Part shown: in pieces, positions 19,848 through 30,209 of the stretch
Layout of the letters: the number at the start of each line of letters is the position of its first letter
Numbering within the stretch: the first letter of the stretch is position 1
Origin: Hyphomicrobium sp.
GTDB lineage: Bacteria > Pseudomonadota > Alphaproteobacteria > Rhizobiales > Hyphomicrobiaceae
Direction: 5' to 3'
Length of the DNA: 59,152 nucleotides
Assembly: GCA_031413815.1 (NCBI GenBank)
Contig: JANOFU010000094.1
Span: 1-59,152, forward strand
Position numbers and translations under genes: made by a program
Notes under the pieces: generated by a model
What the model was told of the DNA's origin: nothing
Seen by the model: only the letters and a program-made list of their open reading frames with translations
Database searches by the model: none

Positions 19848-20116
19848 GCCAGGCCGAGCGCCACCAGCGTATGCTGTTCTGCGGCCTTAGCATCGGCGAC
19901 CTTGTACAGGGGCTCGTTATAACCGGCAGGTATCCACGCCAGCACGCCGCCCATGGCCCGCCACACGCCCTTCACGTGACCAGCGCGGTCGATAACGACA
20001 TGGCCATGTTCATCGAACAACACGGCGTAGCCGTTGCGGCGCAGGATCACGTTCTGCTGCAGCCGCTGCCACAGCAAGTTTTCTATCTCTTGATCGCTCA
20101 TGGTCTTTGTCGTCAA
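19844..20116 (-). CDS. hypothetical small protein (90 aa, TTG start)
   Basis: ORF with good GC3 bias. No recognisable domain. Confidence 0.35.
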   Translation of the reverse strand: MTTKTMSDQEIENLLWQRLQQNVILRRNGYAVLFDEHGHVVIDRAGHVKGVWRAMGGVLAWIPAGYNEPLYKVADAKAAEQHTLVALGLA

Positions 20117-20435
20117 CCCCCGCAGCAGTCCAGCACACGCTCGGCGTGGCTCTCCGGCGGTCGTTGCACCGGACGTCCTATCGTGGCGCAGGATCTACAC
20201 GAATTCCGAGCATCACCGTAGCTTAAAACCCAATATACCTTACGGAATTCAGTAACTTAGATTGCCGAACAACTTGTTTACAATTTATGAAGACTACTTC
20301 TGCGTTTACTTCTGAAGGCGTCACGGGCCATGCCACGAAAAAACAGAACCCGTCGCGACACATCGTGCCGCTGACACACCAGTTTTGCGTTCGAGCCGTA
20401 AACACACCACGACCACTCAGAACCAGGATGCATCC

Positions 20436-22403
20436 ATGACGCTTCCGTCCGTGCCGCTCAATCCGCCGCTCGACATCGCTGAGGACACCCCGGCCAATCC
20501 GAGCAGCAATCCGACGATGGGCGACATCATCGCCGCCCGGCTGTCACGGCGCGATTTCGTGCGTGGGGCGCTGGCTGTGTCGGTGATGGGCAGCACGGTG
20601 GCCGCCGAAGCGCTGGTGGCATCGCGCGGCGCAGAGGCGGCGGCACCGGCCGCAGGGTCGTTTAACTTCGCCGAGATAGCCGCTGGCTCCGACGAAATGC
20701 ACCACGTTGCGAACGGCTATGACGCCAAACTTTTGATTCGCTGGGGTGACAAGCTGTTGGCCGATGCGCCTGAGTTCGACCCCGCAAAACCCTCCGCTGA
20801 GGCTCAAGCCCGTCAGTTTGGCTACAACAACGATTTTCTGGCCTTTATTCCTCTCGACGGCCGGTCCGACCATGGTCTGCTCGTCGTCAACCACGAGTAC
20901 ACCAACGACGAACTGATGTACGCGGGCATCGCTGTTGGCAAGTCGCGGGCCGAAGCGGTACGGGGATTACCCAAAGAGCTGGTTGATGCATCGATCCAAG
21001 CGCATGGCGGCAGCGTGCTCGAAGTCAAGCGTGAGAACGGCACGTGGTCGGTGGTCGCTCAATCGAAGTTTGCCCGCCGGATCACTCCGGAAACAGAGAT
21101 GCTGCTGTCAGGCCCTGCGGCCGGCCATGATCTGTTGAAGACGTCCGCCGATCCGTCCGGCACGCGCGTCCGCGGCATGCTCAACAACTGCGCTGGCGGC
21201 ATCACGCCCTGGGGCACGTGGCTGACCTGCGAAGAAAATTTCAACTACTACTTCTGGAACAAGACTGCCGCCCGTGAAAGCCAGTACAGTCTCGTTCTGC
21301 TCCGCTACGGCATTCCCGAGCAGTACTACGGCTGGGGCCGCTTTTACGACCGTTTCGACATGGGCAAGGAACCCTTCGAATGCAACCGGTTTGGCTGGGT
21401 GGTCGAGATCGATCCGATGGACCCCGCGTCTGTCCCCGTCAAGCGCACAGCCATGGGCCGGTTCAAGCACGAGGGTGCCGGCAATACTGTCAACAAAGAC
21501 GGCCGCTTCGTCGTCTACCAGGGTGATGACCAGCGGTTTGACTACGTCTACAAGTTCGTAACGGACGGCAAAGTCGATCTCGTCAACCGGGCCGCCAACA
21601 AAGACATCCTCGACACAGGCACGCTTTACGTTGCGCGGTTTGGTGCCGATGGGCGCGGCGAATGGATCCCGCTCGTTGCCAGTCAAGAGAAGCTTGCCGC
21701 TTTCAAAGACCAAGGTGAAATCCTCATACACACGCGGCTGGCGGCCGATGCGCTTGGTGCCACGCAGATGGACCGGCCGGAAGACATTGAGGTCAATCCC
21801 AAGACCGGCAAAGTTTATCTGATGCTGACCAAAAACGAGAAACGCGAGGCCGGCGATCTCAACGACGCCAATCCGCGCGCCGGCAATAAGTTCGGGCACA
21901 TTATCGAGATCATCCCAGATGGCGGCGATCACGCTGCAACGGGCTTCAAGTGGGAGATGCTGGTCAAGTGTGGGGATCCGTCGATTGCCGGCGTTGGCGC
22001 GACCTTCAATGCGGCCACCTCGAAAGATGGCTGGTTCGGTATGCCGGATAACTGCGCGGTCGATGCCGAAGGGCGGCTATGGATTGCGACGGACGGGAAC
22101 TCGCTCAAAGACACGGGCCGCGCCGACGGCGTGTGGGCGATGGAAACGGAGGGCGCCCTGCGCGGCACCTCGAAGCTGTTCTTCCGCTGTCCCAACGGAG
22201 CGGAACTGTGCGGTCCGTGCTTCACGCCTGACATGGAGACGTTGTTCGTCGCAGTTCAGCACCCTGGTGAATCCGAAGACAAGGACATGCCCGCAACGTA
22301 CGAATCCCCCACCACCCGTTGGCCCGACTTCAAGGATGGAATGCCACCCCGTCCCAGCGTGGTGGCGATCACGCGCAAAGGCGGCGGGAAGATTGGCGTT
22401 TAG
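20436..22403 (+). CDS. phoX: PhoX-family alkaline phosphatase (DUF839) with a Tat signal
   Basis: Twin-arginine motif SRRDFVRGALAV. Beta-propeller PhoX signature regions. AGGA RBS. Alternative starts lie at the TTG at 20385 and the M at 20517. Confidence 0.85.
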   Translation: MTLPSVPLNPPLDIAEDTPANPSSNPTMGDIIAARLSRRDFVRGALAVSVMGSTVAAEALVASRGAEAAAPAAGSFNFAEIAAGSDEMHHVANGYDAKLLIRWGDKLLADAPEFDPAKPSAEAQARQFGYNNDFLAFIPLDGRSDHGLLVVNHEYTNDELMYAGIAVGKSRAEAVRGLPKELVDASIQAHGGSVLEVKRENGTWSVVAQSKFARRITPETEMLLSGPAAGHDLLKTSADPSGTRVRGMLNNCAGGITPWGTWLTCEENFNYYFWNKTAARESQYSLVLLRYGIPEQYYGWGRFYDRFDMGKEPFECNRFGWVVEIDPMDPASVPVKRTAMGRFKHEGAGNTVNKDGRFVVYQGDDQRFDYVYKFVTDGKVDLVNRAANKDILDTGTLYVARFGADGRGEWIPLVASQEKLAAFKDQGEILIHTRLAADALGATQMDRPEDIEVNPKTGKVYLMLTKNEKREAGDLNDANPRAGNKFGHIIEIIPDGGDHAATGFKWEMLVKCGDPSIAGVGATFNAATSKDGWFGMPDNCAVDAEGRLWIATDGNSLKDTGRADGVWAMETEGALRGTSKLFFRCPNGAELCGPCFTPDMETLFVAVQHPGESEDKDMPATYESPTTRWPDFKDGMPPRPSVVAITRKGGGKIGV

Positions 22404-23986
22404 TTGGCTGCGCTTGGCAACTGTCCGGCCATGTCCAGCGGAACAATACCGCCACGCCCATACGGTGCAGCGGATTTTTTTCTATACTTCGCACGCCACA
22501 CCCACAGCACACATGCGACGAGCCCCATCGGAATCAGCACAGCGATGCCACCGATCAAAGCGATCATGATCGCAAAGCTCCAGATGACTGCCAGTCCGTG
22601 CTCCACGAGCCCGATCAACTTAGACTGCGAGTGACGCCGCAACATGCCGCGCCGGTTGCCCGGCATCGGGTGCCATAAGTTGACTAGCGCCGTCGAAGCG
22701 CCAGCACCGGCTGCAAATAGCGCAGTGAGGATGGCAAGCTTTAGCGACAGCAGAGCAAGCCCGAGGAGGGGCAATGCGAGAACAGCAAACAGCGGCAGGG
22801 CAATGGCCGTCAGCTTAGTGCGATTGACTGCTGAGGGGGCCACGGGAGCCGTGGCAATGAGCTCAGGCGCATCCTCGCCCGAAACCATGATCCACGCGAG
22901 TGACGCCGCCACTTGACCTGCAATCAGAACAATCGTCGGAGCGATTGCAAGCATGGCCGGCATCATCTCGCTGCGCAGAAGAATGACGGCAATGGGAATT
23001 GTATAGATGATCTGCAGGCCGAGCTGAGCAAACAGGTTGTGATCGCGCGCCAGACACCGCCACTCCTTGTAGCGCAGGCTGCGCGCCACGCCGGGGCGGA
23101 ATTTATGGCGGACCGAGACTTTTGGTTCTTGGTTTGAACTGGCAGATGCCCCGTTGGCCGCAATGCTAGCGCGCGCAAAACGTTCAGCAAGTAGGGTCAC
23201 GGCTGCTGCAAACATCACCGCGCCTATCACTACAATCCATGCCGCTGCGCCAAAGTCACCTAACGTGGCATCAATAGGCACAGATAGAAGTGAGCGGATT
23301 GCGGATAGACCGGGCACCTCAGCGCCGCTCATCCAGACTGCGAGGGACTCGCGCGTGGCTTGAGGCAACATGGCTGCAATCTGCGCGGCCAGCACGAAGC
23401 CGCCGCCGATGCAAACACCTGTCATCTGCGTGTAGACACGTGCCCGGCGCGGGCCAACAAGGAAGAAGAGGCCAATCGATAGTGCGATCGCAATCGATGT
23501 GGCAATTAAGGCCAGTCCGAGAAGCGTGGGATAGGCACTGAGCCATTCCGGGCGATCAAGCAGTGCGCCCATGTTGGCAATGGGCAGCGTGAGGAAGGCA
23601 ATCGAACCCAGCGTGCTCGCAGTGATGGCCGCAGTCTTGGCCGCGAAGATCCGCCGCGCCGTGAGCGGTGAGCCCAGCAGCAGGTCGAGATCGCCCCGGT
23701 CGTAGAGGGTGCGCGTCGCACCGAACAAACTTTGCGCGATCATCCACGTGAACGCGCACACCAGGAAGACCGCGACCGGTGTCGTGGCGGTTTGGGCCGT
23801 GTGCAGGTAGGGCGATAGCCAATCAACGGCGGGCCAAGCGGCCAAATGCAGAAGTCCCGTCCCCGCCAACAGCACAGCGGCGATGGTCCGCGGGCGCGCT
23901 GCGCCGAACATGCCGGTAAAGCGGCGCCAATTCTGCCGCACGTCGTGGGCGAGCAGCCACGGGAACGAGCCGGGCTCCAGTCTCAT
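22400..23986 (-). CDS. ABC-2-type exporter permease (large polytopic membrane protein)
   Basis: About 12 TM helices. 4-nt overlap with the upstream ATPase gene. Confidence 0.7.
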   Translation of the reverse strand: MRLEPGSFPWLLAHDVRQNWRRFTGMFGAARPRTIAAVLLAGTGLLHLAAWPAVDWLSPYLHTAQTATTPVAVFLVCAFTWMIAQSLFGATRTLYDRGDLDLLLGSPLTARRIFAAKTAAITASTLGSIAFLTLPIANMGALLDRPEWLSAYPTLLGLALIATSIAIALSIGLFFLVGPRRARVYTQMTGVCIGGGFVLAAQIAAMLPQATRESLAVWMSGAEVPGLSAIRSLLSVPIDATLGDFGAAAWIVVIGAVMFAAAVTLLAERFARASIAANGASASSNQEPKVSVRHKFRPGVARSLRYKEWRCLARDHNLFAQLGLQIIYTIPIAVILLRSEMMPAMLAIAPTIVLIAGQVAASLAWIMVSGEDAPELIATAPVAPSAVNRTKLTAIALPLFAVLALPLLGLALLSLKLAILTALFAAGAGASTALVNLWHPMPGNRRGMLRRHSQSKLIGLVEHGLAVIWSFAIMIALIGGIAVLIPMGLVACVLWVWRAKYRKKSAAPYGRGGIVPLDMAGQLPSAAN

Positions 23987-24792
23987 GATGCCAAGGCCTC
24001 GCGGCGTGTCAGCGACAGGAAGACATCTTCGAGGGTGTCCGTATTGCCGCCAGCGGCCGTTCTCAGTTCCGCAAGCGTGCCCTCGGCGACCAGGCGTCCT
24101 CGGTCAACAATGCCGATGCGGTCTGCCAGGCGTTCCGCGACTTCGAGGATATGCGTTGTCAGAATGATGGTTGCGCCTGCGCGAACGCGCGAGGTGAGCA
24201 GGTCTTTCACCTGCCGTGCGATGCCAGCATCGATCCCGGTCAACGGTTCATCGAGCATGATCAGGCGCGGGTCATGAATGAGCGCACCGGCCAGTGCAAC
24301 CTTCTGCTTCATGCCACGCGAAAACCCTTCGCATCGCACGTTGCGATGGGGCTCTAGTTCGAGGACCTCGATCAGTTCATCGGCTCTTTTCTGTGCAACG
24401 GCAGGTGCGACGCCCCAAAGTCCGGCGACAAACTCAAGATACTCGAGCGGAGTGAGCTTGTCATAAAGCATCGGCTCATCCGGCAGCCACGCTGTGATGC
24501 GCTTGGCCTCTATGGGATCGTTCAGCGCGTCCACGCCATAGATGCGGATCTGGCCTGCGTCTGGCCGCAACAGCCCAGCGATCATGCGCAGCGTTGTGGT
24601 CTTGCCAGCGCCATTGGGGCCGAGCAGGGCATAGAACTCACCCGGCTCCACGCGCAGGTCGATGCGGTCAACGGCGACAGCGGTGCCGAAAGTTTTGCGG
24701 ACTCCACTGATATGGAGGGCTGGCGGCGAGGCAGCGGGTGCGCAGGACAGGCCGCTGTCAGGCTTTGATACACTACTTAAAGCGGCTGTCAC
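23983..24792 (-). CDS. ABC transporter ATP-binding protein
   Basis: Walker A GPNGAGKTT, signature FSRGMKQK, Walker B LIMLDEP. Confidence 0.85.
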   Translation of the reverse strand: MTAALSSVSKPDSGLSCAPAASPPALHISGVRKTFGTAVAVDRIDLRVEPGEFYALLGPNGAGKTTTLRMIAGLLRPDAGQIRIYGVDALNDPIEAKRITAWLPDEPMLYDKLTPLEYLEFVAGLWGVAPAVAQKRADELIEVLELEPHRNVRCEGFSRGMKQKVALAGALIHDPRLIMLDEPLTGIDAGIARQVKDLLTSRVRAGATIILTTHILEVAERLADRIGIVDRGRLVAEGTLAELRTAAGGNTDTLEDVFLSLTRREALAS

Positions 24793-25080
24793 GTTTGGTC
24801 TCCCGCGCCTAGAAACACAGTTAGGAGACCCTATCGGACGGCGCTTGCTACGGTGTTAAACAAGCCGGGCAAACTGCTGGGACTTGCGCGTCAAATCCGG
24901 CCATTCGGTGCGACAAAGACCGGAGCGACTAGATTTCCGGGCACTCTGGTTGCCTGACTATGGGTCTACGGGTGCGTTGTCGTGTCCAACGGCCACGAGA
25001 GGCCTTGCCCGGGAGCCATCTGGCGGTGCAAAACGGGACTGTACCCTGCGCCGTCCCAGGTGCCTTCCGGAGAGCTGCCG

Positions 25081-26148
25081 ATGAACGTCCACGTCCCAAC
25101 CCGAGCCTCTGCGAACACGGGTGATCAGGGCCGCAAGACCTCAGCGGTCCGCCACGACTGGACGCGGGCCGAGGCGCAGGCGATTTATGGCTTGCCGCTG
25201 ATGGACCTTCTATTTCAGGCCCAGACCGTCCACCGGCAGACATTCGATGCCAACAAGATCCAGATGAGCCGGCTGCTGTCTATTAAGACCGGCGGTTGCG
25301 CGGAAGACTGCGGCTACTGCAGCCAGTCCGCGCACCACGAATCGGGGCTCAAAGCCTCGAAGCTCATGGAAGTCGAACGCGTCCTCACAGAGGCGCGCAA
25401 GGCGAAAGAAGGCGGCGCGACGCGCTACTGCATGGGGGCTGCCTGGCGCGAACCCAAAGAGCGCGATATGGGATCGATTGTCGCCATGATCCAAGGCGTG
25501 AAGTCGCTCGGCATGGAAACCTGCATGACGCTTGGCATGTTGTCCGACCACCAGGTCGGCCAGTTGCGCGACGTTGGTCTCGACTACTACAACCACAACG
25601 TCGATACGTCCGAGCGGTTCTATCCGGAAGTTATCAAAACCCGCACCTATGCCGATCGGTTAAACACTCTGGCGCGCGTTCGTGAAGCTGGCATGAAAGT
25701 CTGCTCCGGCGGCATCATGGGCATGGGAGAGGAGCTGGAAGACCGCGTTGATATGCTGGTCACGCTGGCGAACCTGGACGAGCATCCCGAGAGCGTGCCG
25801 ATCAACATGCTGATCGCCATTCCGGGCACACCGCTGGAGAACTCTGCCAAGATTGATCCGATTGAGTTCGTGCGTGCCATAGCAACAGCGCGCATCTTAA
25901 TGCCGAAGTCGTTCGTGCGATTGTCAGCAGGCCGCACGGGAATGAGCGACGAGATGCAGGCCTTGTGTTTCTTTGCCGGCGCCAACTCGATTTTCTGCGG
26001 CGACACGCTACTGACCGCGGACAACCCCGGCGAAGACAAAGATGCTGTGCTGTTCACCAAACTCGGGCTCGAGCCGTTGGAGTTGGCGAAGGAACAGACC
26101 GGCGACAGTCAGGGCGCGTCATGCACGACAGCCACGAGCGGGCACTGA
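25081..26148 (+). CDS. bioB: biotin synthase
   Basis: Radical-SAM CxxxCxxC ([11 protein letters not shown]). Collinear with BioB. Confidence 0.9.
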   Translation: MNVHVPTRASANTGDQGRKTSAVRHDWTRAEAQAIYGLPLMDLLFQAQTVHRQTFDANKIQMSRLLSIKTGGCAEDCGYCSQSAHHESGLKASKLMEVERVLTEARKAKEGGATRYCMGAAWREPKERDMGSIVAMIQGVKSLGMETCMTLGMLSDHQVGQLRDVGLDYYNHNVDTSERFYPEVIKTRTYADRLNTLARVREAGMKVCSGGIMGMGEELEDRVDMLVTLANLDEHPESVPINMLIAIPGTPLENSAKIDPIEFVRAIATARILMPKSFVRLSAGRTGMSDEMQALCFFAGANSIFCGDTLLTADNPGEDKDAVLFTKLGLEPLELAKEQTGDSQGASCTTATSGH

Positions 26149-27254
26149 GGGCGCTGGCCAGCCGCGGGCGGTTGCGGTCGCTCACGCCGCGCAGCGGCAT
26201 TGATTTTTCGTCCAACGATTACTTGGGTCTTGGGTCTTCAAATGAACTGCGCGAGGCAATCGCAGCGGCTCTCGCTCGCGGCGTACCGGCTGGCGCAGGC
26301 GGGTCACGGCTGTTGCGCGGCAATGATCCTGAACATGAGGCACTGGAAGCGGAGGCTGCTGTCTTTTTCGGAGCTGAAAGCGCATTGTACTTCGGTGGCG
26401 GGTTTATGGCCAACTACGCCATTTTCTCGACACTGCCACAACGCGGCGACCTCATTGTTTTTGACGAGCTGGTACACGCCAGCGCCCATGATGGCATGCG
26501 CGCGAGCAAGGCGGCATTGGTTGCGGCCAAGCACAACGATCCGCAAGCCTTTGAGGACGCCATCAAGACTTGGCGGGCTTCTGGTGGAACCGGCCATGTT
26601 TGGAGTGCGGTTGAAAGCCTCTACTCAATGGAGGGCGACAAGGCGCCACTCAGTGAGTTGGTGATCATCGCCGATCGCCACGACGCGACCCTGGTCATCG
26701 ATGAAGCCCATGCCACGGGCGTCTATGGTCCAAACGGACGCGGACTGGGTGCTGCCCTCGAAGGACGGGCGAACGTGATGTCGCTGCACACCTGTGGCAA
26801 GGCACTCGGTGTCATGGGCGCATTGGTGTTGGGGCCTAAGGTCTTGTGTGATTTTCTGGTCAACCGCGGACGGCCCTTCATCTACGCGACGGCGCCGTCG
26901 CCATTGATGGCCGCAGGCGTGCGGGCCGCATTGCACCTGTGCACGGCACAGCCGCAACGCCGTGATCAACTGGCCAATCTCGTTTCCTTGGCAGGACGGG
27001 CGCTCGACTCTCGCTGTGGTGTACCGCTGTCTGGCTCCCAAATCCAACCCGTCATCATCGGCTCGGATACGCGCGCGACGGCCCTTGCCGCCGCCCTTCA
27101 AGCGCAAGGTTTTGATGTGCGAGCCGTTCGCCCGCCGACCGTTCCAGAAGGGACTGCGCGGCTTCGAATCTCATTGACGCTGAACGCAACGGAACAAGAC
27201 GTCGAAAGGCTGGCAATCGCGCTCGCGGCTGAACTGCAGAGGATCGCGGCATGA
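26121..27254 (+). CDS. bioF: 8-amino-7-oxononanoate synthase
   Basis: PLP fold-type I. Lys in the HTCGKALG region. Overlaps bioB by 28 nt. Confidence 0.85.
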   Translation: MHDSHERALRALASRGRLRSLTPRSGIDFSSNDYLGLGSSNELREAIAAALARGVPAGAGGSRLLRGNDPEHEALEAEAAVFFGAESALYFGGGFMANYAIFSTLPQRGDLIVFDELVHASAHDGMRASKAALVAAKHNDPQAFEDAIKTWRASGGTGHVWSAVESLYSMEGDKAPLSELVIIADRHDATLVIDEAHATGVYGPNGRGLGAALEGRANVMSLHTCGKALGVMGALVLGPKVLCDFLVNRGRPFIYATAPSPLMAAGVRAALHLCTAQPQRRDQLANLVSLAGRALDSRCGVPLSGSQIQPVIIGSDTRATALAAALQAQGFDVRAVRPPTVPEGTARLRISLTLNATEQDVERLAIALAAELQRIAA

Positions 27255-27877
27255 GCGCGCGATTTGTTGTCAGCGGCACAGACACCGGCGTTGGCAAAAC
27301 GGTGTTTGCAGCGGCACTGGCGGGTGCACTGGATGGTGCTTATTGGAAGCCAATTCAATCTGGCATTGACGACGGCACCGACAGCGATCGCGTTGCAGCC
27401 CTCTCGGGTCTTTCGCGGGACCGGATTTTGCCAGAGAGCTATCGCTTCAAAGCAGCCCTCTCACCTCACCGCGCGGCGGAACTAGACGGCATTGCGATCG
27501 ACGCGGATGCCCTTGTGCCCCCGGATACGCATGTCCCGCTGGTCATTGAAGGTGCAGGCGGGTTGATGGTTCCGGTGACGCGGGACGTTATGCAAATCGA
27601 TGTCTTTGAACGTTGGAGGCTGCCCGTCATTCTCGTGGCTCGCACCGCACTGGGTACGATCAACCACAGCCTGTTGTCGATTGCGGCGCTGTCTGTGCGC
27701 AACATCCCGATCCGTGGAATCGCCTTCGTGGGTGATGCGAACGCTGACAATGAGCGCACCATTTGTGAGCTGACCGGGGCACATCGTCTCGGCCGGCTGC
27801 CCAGGCTTGATCCGCTGAATGCGGCCACACTGCGCGCGGCGTTTCTCGCGAACTTCCGGCTGGAGGATTTCGCGTGA
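27251..27877 (+). CDS. bioD: dethiobiotin synthetase
   Basis: P-loop [13 protein letters not shown] overlap with bioF. Confidence 0.85.
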   Translation: MSARFVVSGTDTGVGKTVFAAALAGALDGAYWKPIQSGIDDGTDSDRVAALSGLSRDRILPESYRFKAALSPHRAAELDGIAIDADALVPPDTHVPLVIEGAGGLMVPVTRDVMQIDVFERWRLPVILVARTALGTINHSLLSIAALSVRNIPIRGIAFVGDANADNERTICELTGAHRLGRLPRLDPLNAATLRAAFLANFRLEDFA

Positions 27878-29136
27878 CCAAGCGCTACTCGCCCGTCTGG
27901 CATCCGTTCACGCAACACGCAATTGCGCCCGAAGCAGTGAAGATCGCGCGCGCCGAAGGAGCCTACCTTGAATCCAATCATGGCAAGAAGATCTTCGACG
28001 GGATTTCGTCGTGGTGGGTTGTGACGCATGGCCATCGTCATCCCGCCATCATTCAGGCAATGCAGGACCAAGCCAGAAAACTCGATCAGGTGATCTTTGC
28101 TGGCTTTACACATGAACCGGCGGAGCAACTGGCCCAGGAACTCATTAAACTTGCGCCAGGCGATCTGAGCCACGTGTTCTTCTCCGATTCCGGTTCAACT
28201 GCCGTCGAAGTTGCCCTGAAAATGGCGCTCGGGTACTGGACGAATATCGGCGAACCGCGTACGCGCATTATCGCGCTTGAGTACGCCTATCACGGTGACA
28301 CTATCGGTACGATGTCAGCTGGCGCGCGCGGCGTGTTTAATTCCGCCTATGAGCCGCTGCTGTTCGATGTCGCACGCATCCCGTTTCCGTCCGCCGGACA
28401 GGAGGCGATCACGCTCGAAGTTCTGGAAACGGTTCTACGCGAGGAACCCACTGCAGCGTTGATCGTCGAGCCCTTGATCTTGGGCGCGGGCGGCATGCTG
28501 ATGTATTCCGCCGATACACTGACCGCTATGAAGCGGCTATGCGAGCAGCACGGTGCGCTGTTGATCGCGGATGAAGTGATGACCGGCTGGGGCCGCACGG
28601 GAACGCTGTTTGCCTGCGAACAAGCTCGCGTATCACCGGACATCCTCTGTCTGGCAAAAGGTCTGACCGGTGGCTCAATCCCGCTGGCGGTCACGCTGTG
28701 CAAGTCCGAAATCTTCGAAGCGCATTACTCGACCGACCGCTCGAAAACGTTCTTCCACTCCTCAAGTTACACAGCCAATCCGATTGCCTGCGCAGCCGCT
28801 GTTGCCAACGTCGGGATTTGGCTCACCGAACCTGTTCAAGATCGCATCACTGCTCTGGCCACATGGCATTCGGAGCGCCTGCAACCGTTCCAGAACGACG
28901 ACCGATTCACCAACGTCCGCCAGCTCGGCACAATTGCCGCACTGGATATTAAGGCTCGCGATGCGGGCTATCTTGCGAGTGTTGGGCCGAAGCTCTACGC
29001 CTTTTTCCTCGAGCGTGGTTTGCTGCTACGCCCGCTCGGCAATACCATCTACGTGATGCCGCCCTACTGCACGACAGCTCATGATCTCGACCGGGTCTAC
29101 GATGCCATTCGCGATGCGGCGGACCTTATCGCTTGA
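27874..29136 (+). CDS. bioA: adenosylmethionine-8-amino-7-oxononanoate aminotransferase
   Basis: Class III aminotransferase. GTG start overlapping the bioD stop (GTGA). Confidence 0.85.
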   Translation: MTKRYSPVWHPFTQHAIAPEAVKIARAEGAYLESNHGKKIFDGISSWWVVTHGHRHPAIIQAMQDQARKLDQVIFAGFTHEPAEQLAQELIKLAPGDLSHVFFSDSGSTAVEVALKMALGYWTNIGEPRTRIIALEYAYHGDTIGTMSAGARGVFNSAYEPLLFDVARIPFPSAGQEAITLEVLETVLREEPTAALIVEPLILGAGGMLMYSADTLTAMKRLCEQHGALLIADEVMTGWGRTGTLFACEQARVSPDILCLAKGLTGGSIPLAVTLCKSEIFEAHYSTDRSKTFFHSSSYTANPIACAAAVANVGIWLTEPVQDRITALATWHSERLQPFQNDDRFTNVRQLGTIAALDIKARDAGYLASVGPKLYAFFLERGLLLRPLGNTIYVMPPYCTTAHDLDRVYDAIRDAADLIA

Positions 29137-29162
29137 ACGCGTGACTTGCCCGAAAGAAAAGT

Positions 29163-30140
29163 ATGGGTTCCACGATCCTCTCCCTTGGCCACTACGTCCC
29201 TGAGCGCCGCGTAACGAACGCGGAACTTGAGGTGCAGCTTGGACTTGCGCCTGGTTGGATCGAACAGCGCACCGGTATTCGTGAGCGACGCTTTGCAGCG
29301 GCAGACGAGGCGCTGTCAGATATTGCCGTGAAGGCCGGTGAACACGCGCTGGCGTCTATGGGCTTTGCCCGTGACCGGATTGCCCTTCTTGTGCTTGCAA
29401 CATCTACGCCGGATCACCTGCTGCCGCCCACCGCGCCGCTGGTGGCTCATCGTTTGGGGCTCAAGGGGGCTGGCGCCATCGATATGGCAGGTGCGTGTTC
29501 CGGGTTTTTGCATGCGTTGACCTTTGCCGACGGTGTCGCGCGCACTCATGGGGCACCCGTTCTTGTCATTGCGGCGAACATTCTGTCACGGCGGATAAAC
29601 ACCGCAGAACGTGCCAGCGCCATACTGTTTGCTGATGCCGCAGGTGCGGCGGTGGTGGCTCCCTCAGGCTCTCTCACTGGCGGCGTGCGTGGCGTTTACC
29701 TGACGAGTGACGGCAGCAGCTACGATCTCATCAAGATCCCCGCGGGCGGAAGCCGGCGGCCGTTTTCAGAAGTCATCGATCCCGTTGAAACCCTGATGCA
29801 CATTAGCGATGGCCGTGCGGTGTTCTCAAAGGCCGTCGACATGATGGCGACGTCGTCCCAAAAAGCACTCGTGAAAGCCGGGCTAACTCTCGACCACATC
29901 ACCCATTGCGTGCCGCACCAAGCCAACGCCCGTATCCTGGCCGCGACTCAGCTCAAGCTGCACATTCCCAAGGAAAAGCTGCTGTCGAGTGTCGAACTCT
30001 ATGGCAACAGTTCAGCCGCCACGATCCCATTAACCTTGTCGCTGGCCAACACCTCCGCGGCCTTCAAACCCCGGGACCGGCTCTTGCTGTGCGCCGCAGG
30101 CGCGGGGATGACCGGCGGAGCGCTGATCTACGAGCTTTAA
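29163..30140 (+). CDS. bioZ: FabH-like 3-oxoacyl-ACP synthase III homologue at the end of the bio operon, i.e. BioZ-type pimeloyl-thioester synthase
   Basis: KAS III fold with Cys (AGACSGF), His (HQAN) and Asn (GNSSAA). Position downstream of bioA matches the alphaproteobacterial bioBFDAZ arrangement. Confidence 0.7.
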   Translation: MGSTILSLGHYVPERRVTNAELEVQLGLAPGWIEQRTGIRERRFAAADEALSDIAVKAGEHALASMGFARDRIALLVLATSTPDHLLPPTAPLVAHRLGLKGAGAIDMAGACSGFLHALTFADGVARTHGAPVLVIAANILSRRINTAERASAILFADAAGAAVVAPSGSLTGGVRGVYLTSDGSSYDLIKIPAGGSRRPFSEVIDPVETLMHISDGRAVFSKAVDMMATSSQKALVKAGLTLDHITHCVPHQANARILAATQLKLHIPKEKLLSSVELYGNSSAATIPLTLSLANTSAAFKPRDRLLLCAAGAGMTGGALIYEL

Positions 30141-30209
30141 GAATTCCACCCTTTTGTCGCAATTTTCGGGTCCGCTGCTAGCGTCACAGCTGAGATGTTG
30201 GGGGTTTCT

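Noticed and set aside
24793-25080. Looked for a BioR/BioQ operator or a riboswitch in the bioB leader
   Set aside because: No TTATAGATAA-type BioR box or recognisable riboswitch core was found. Only a short GGGAC...GTCCC hairpin, which is insufficient to call.
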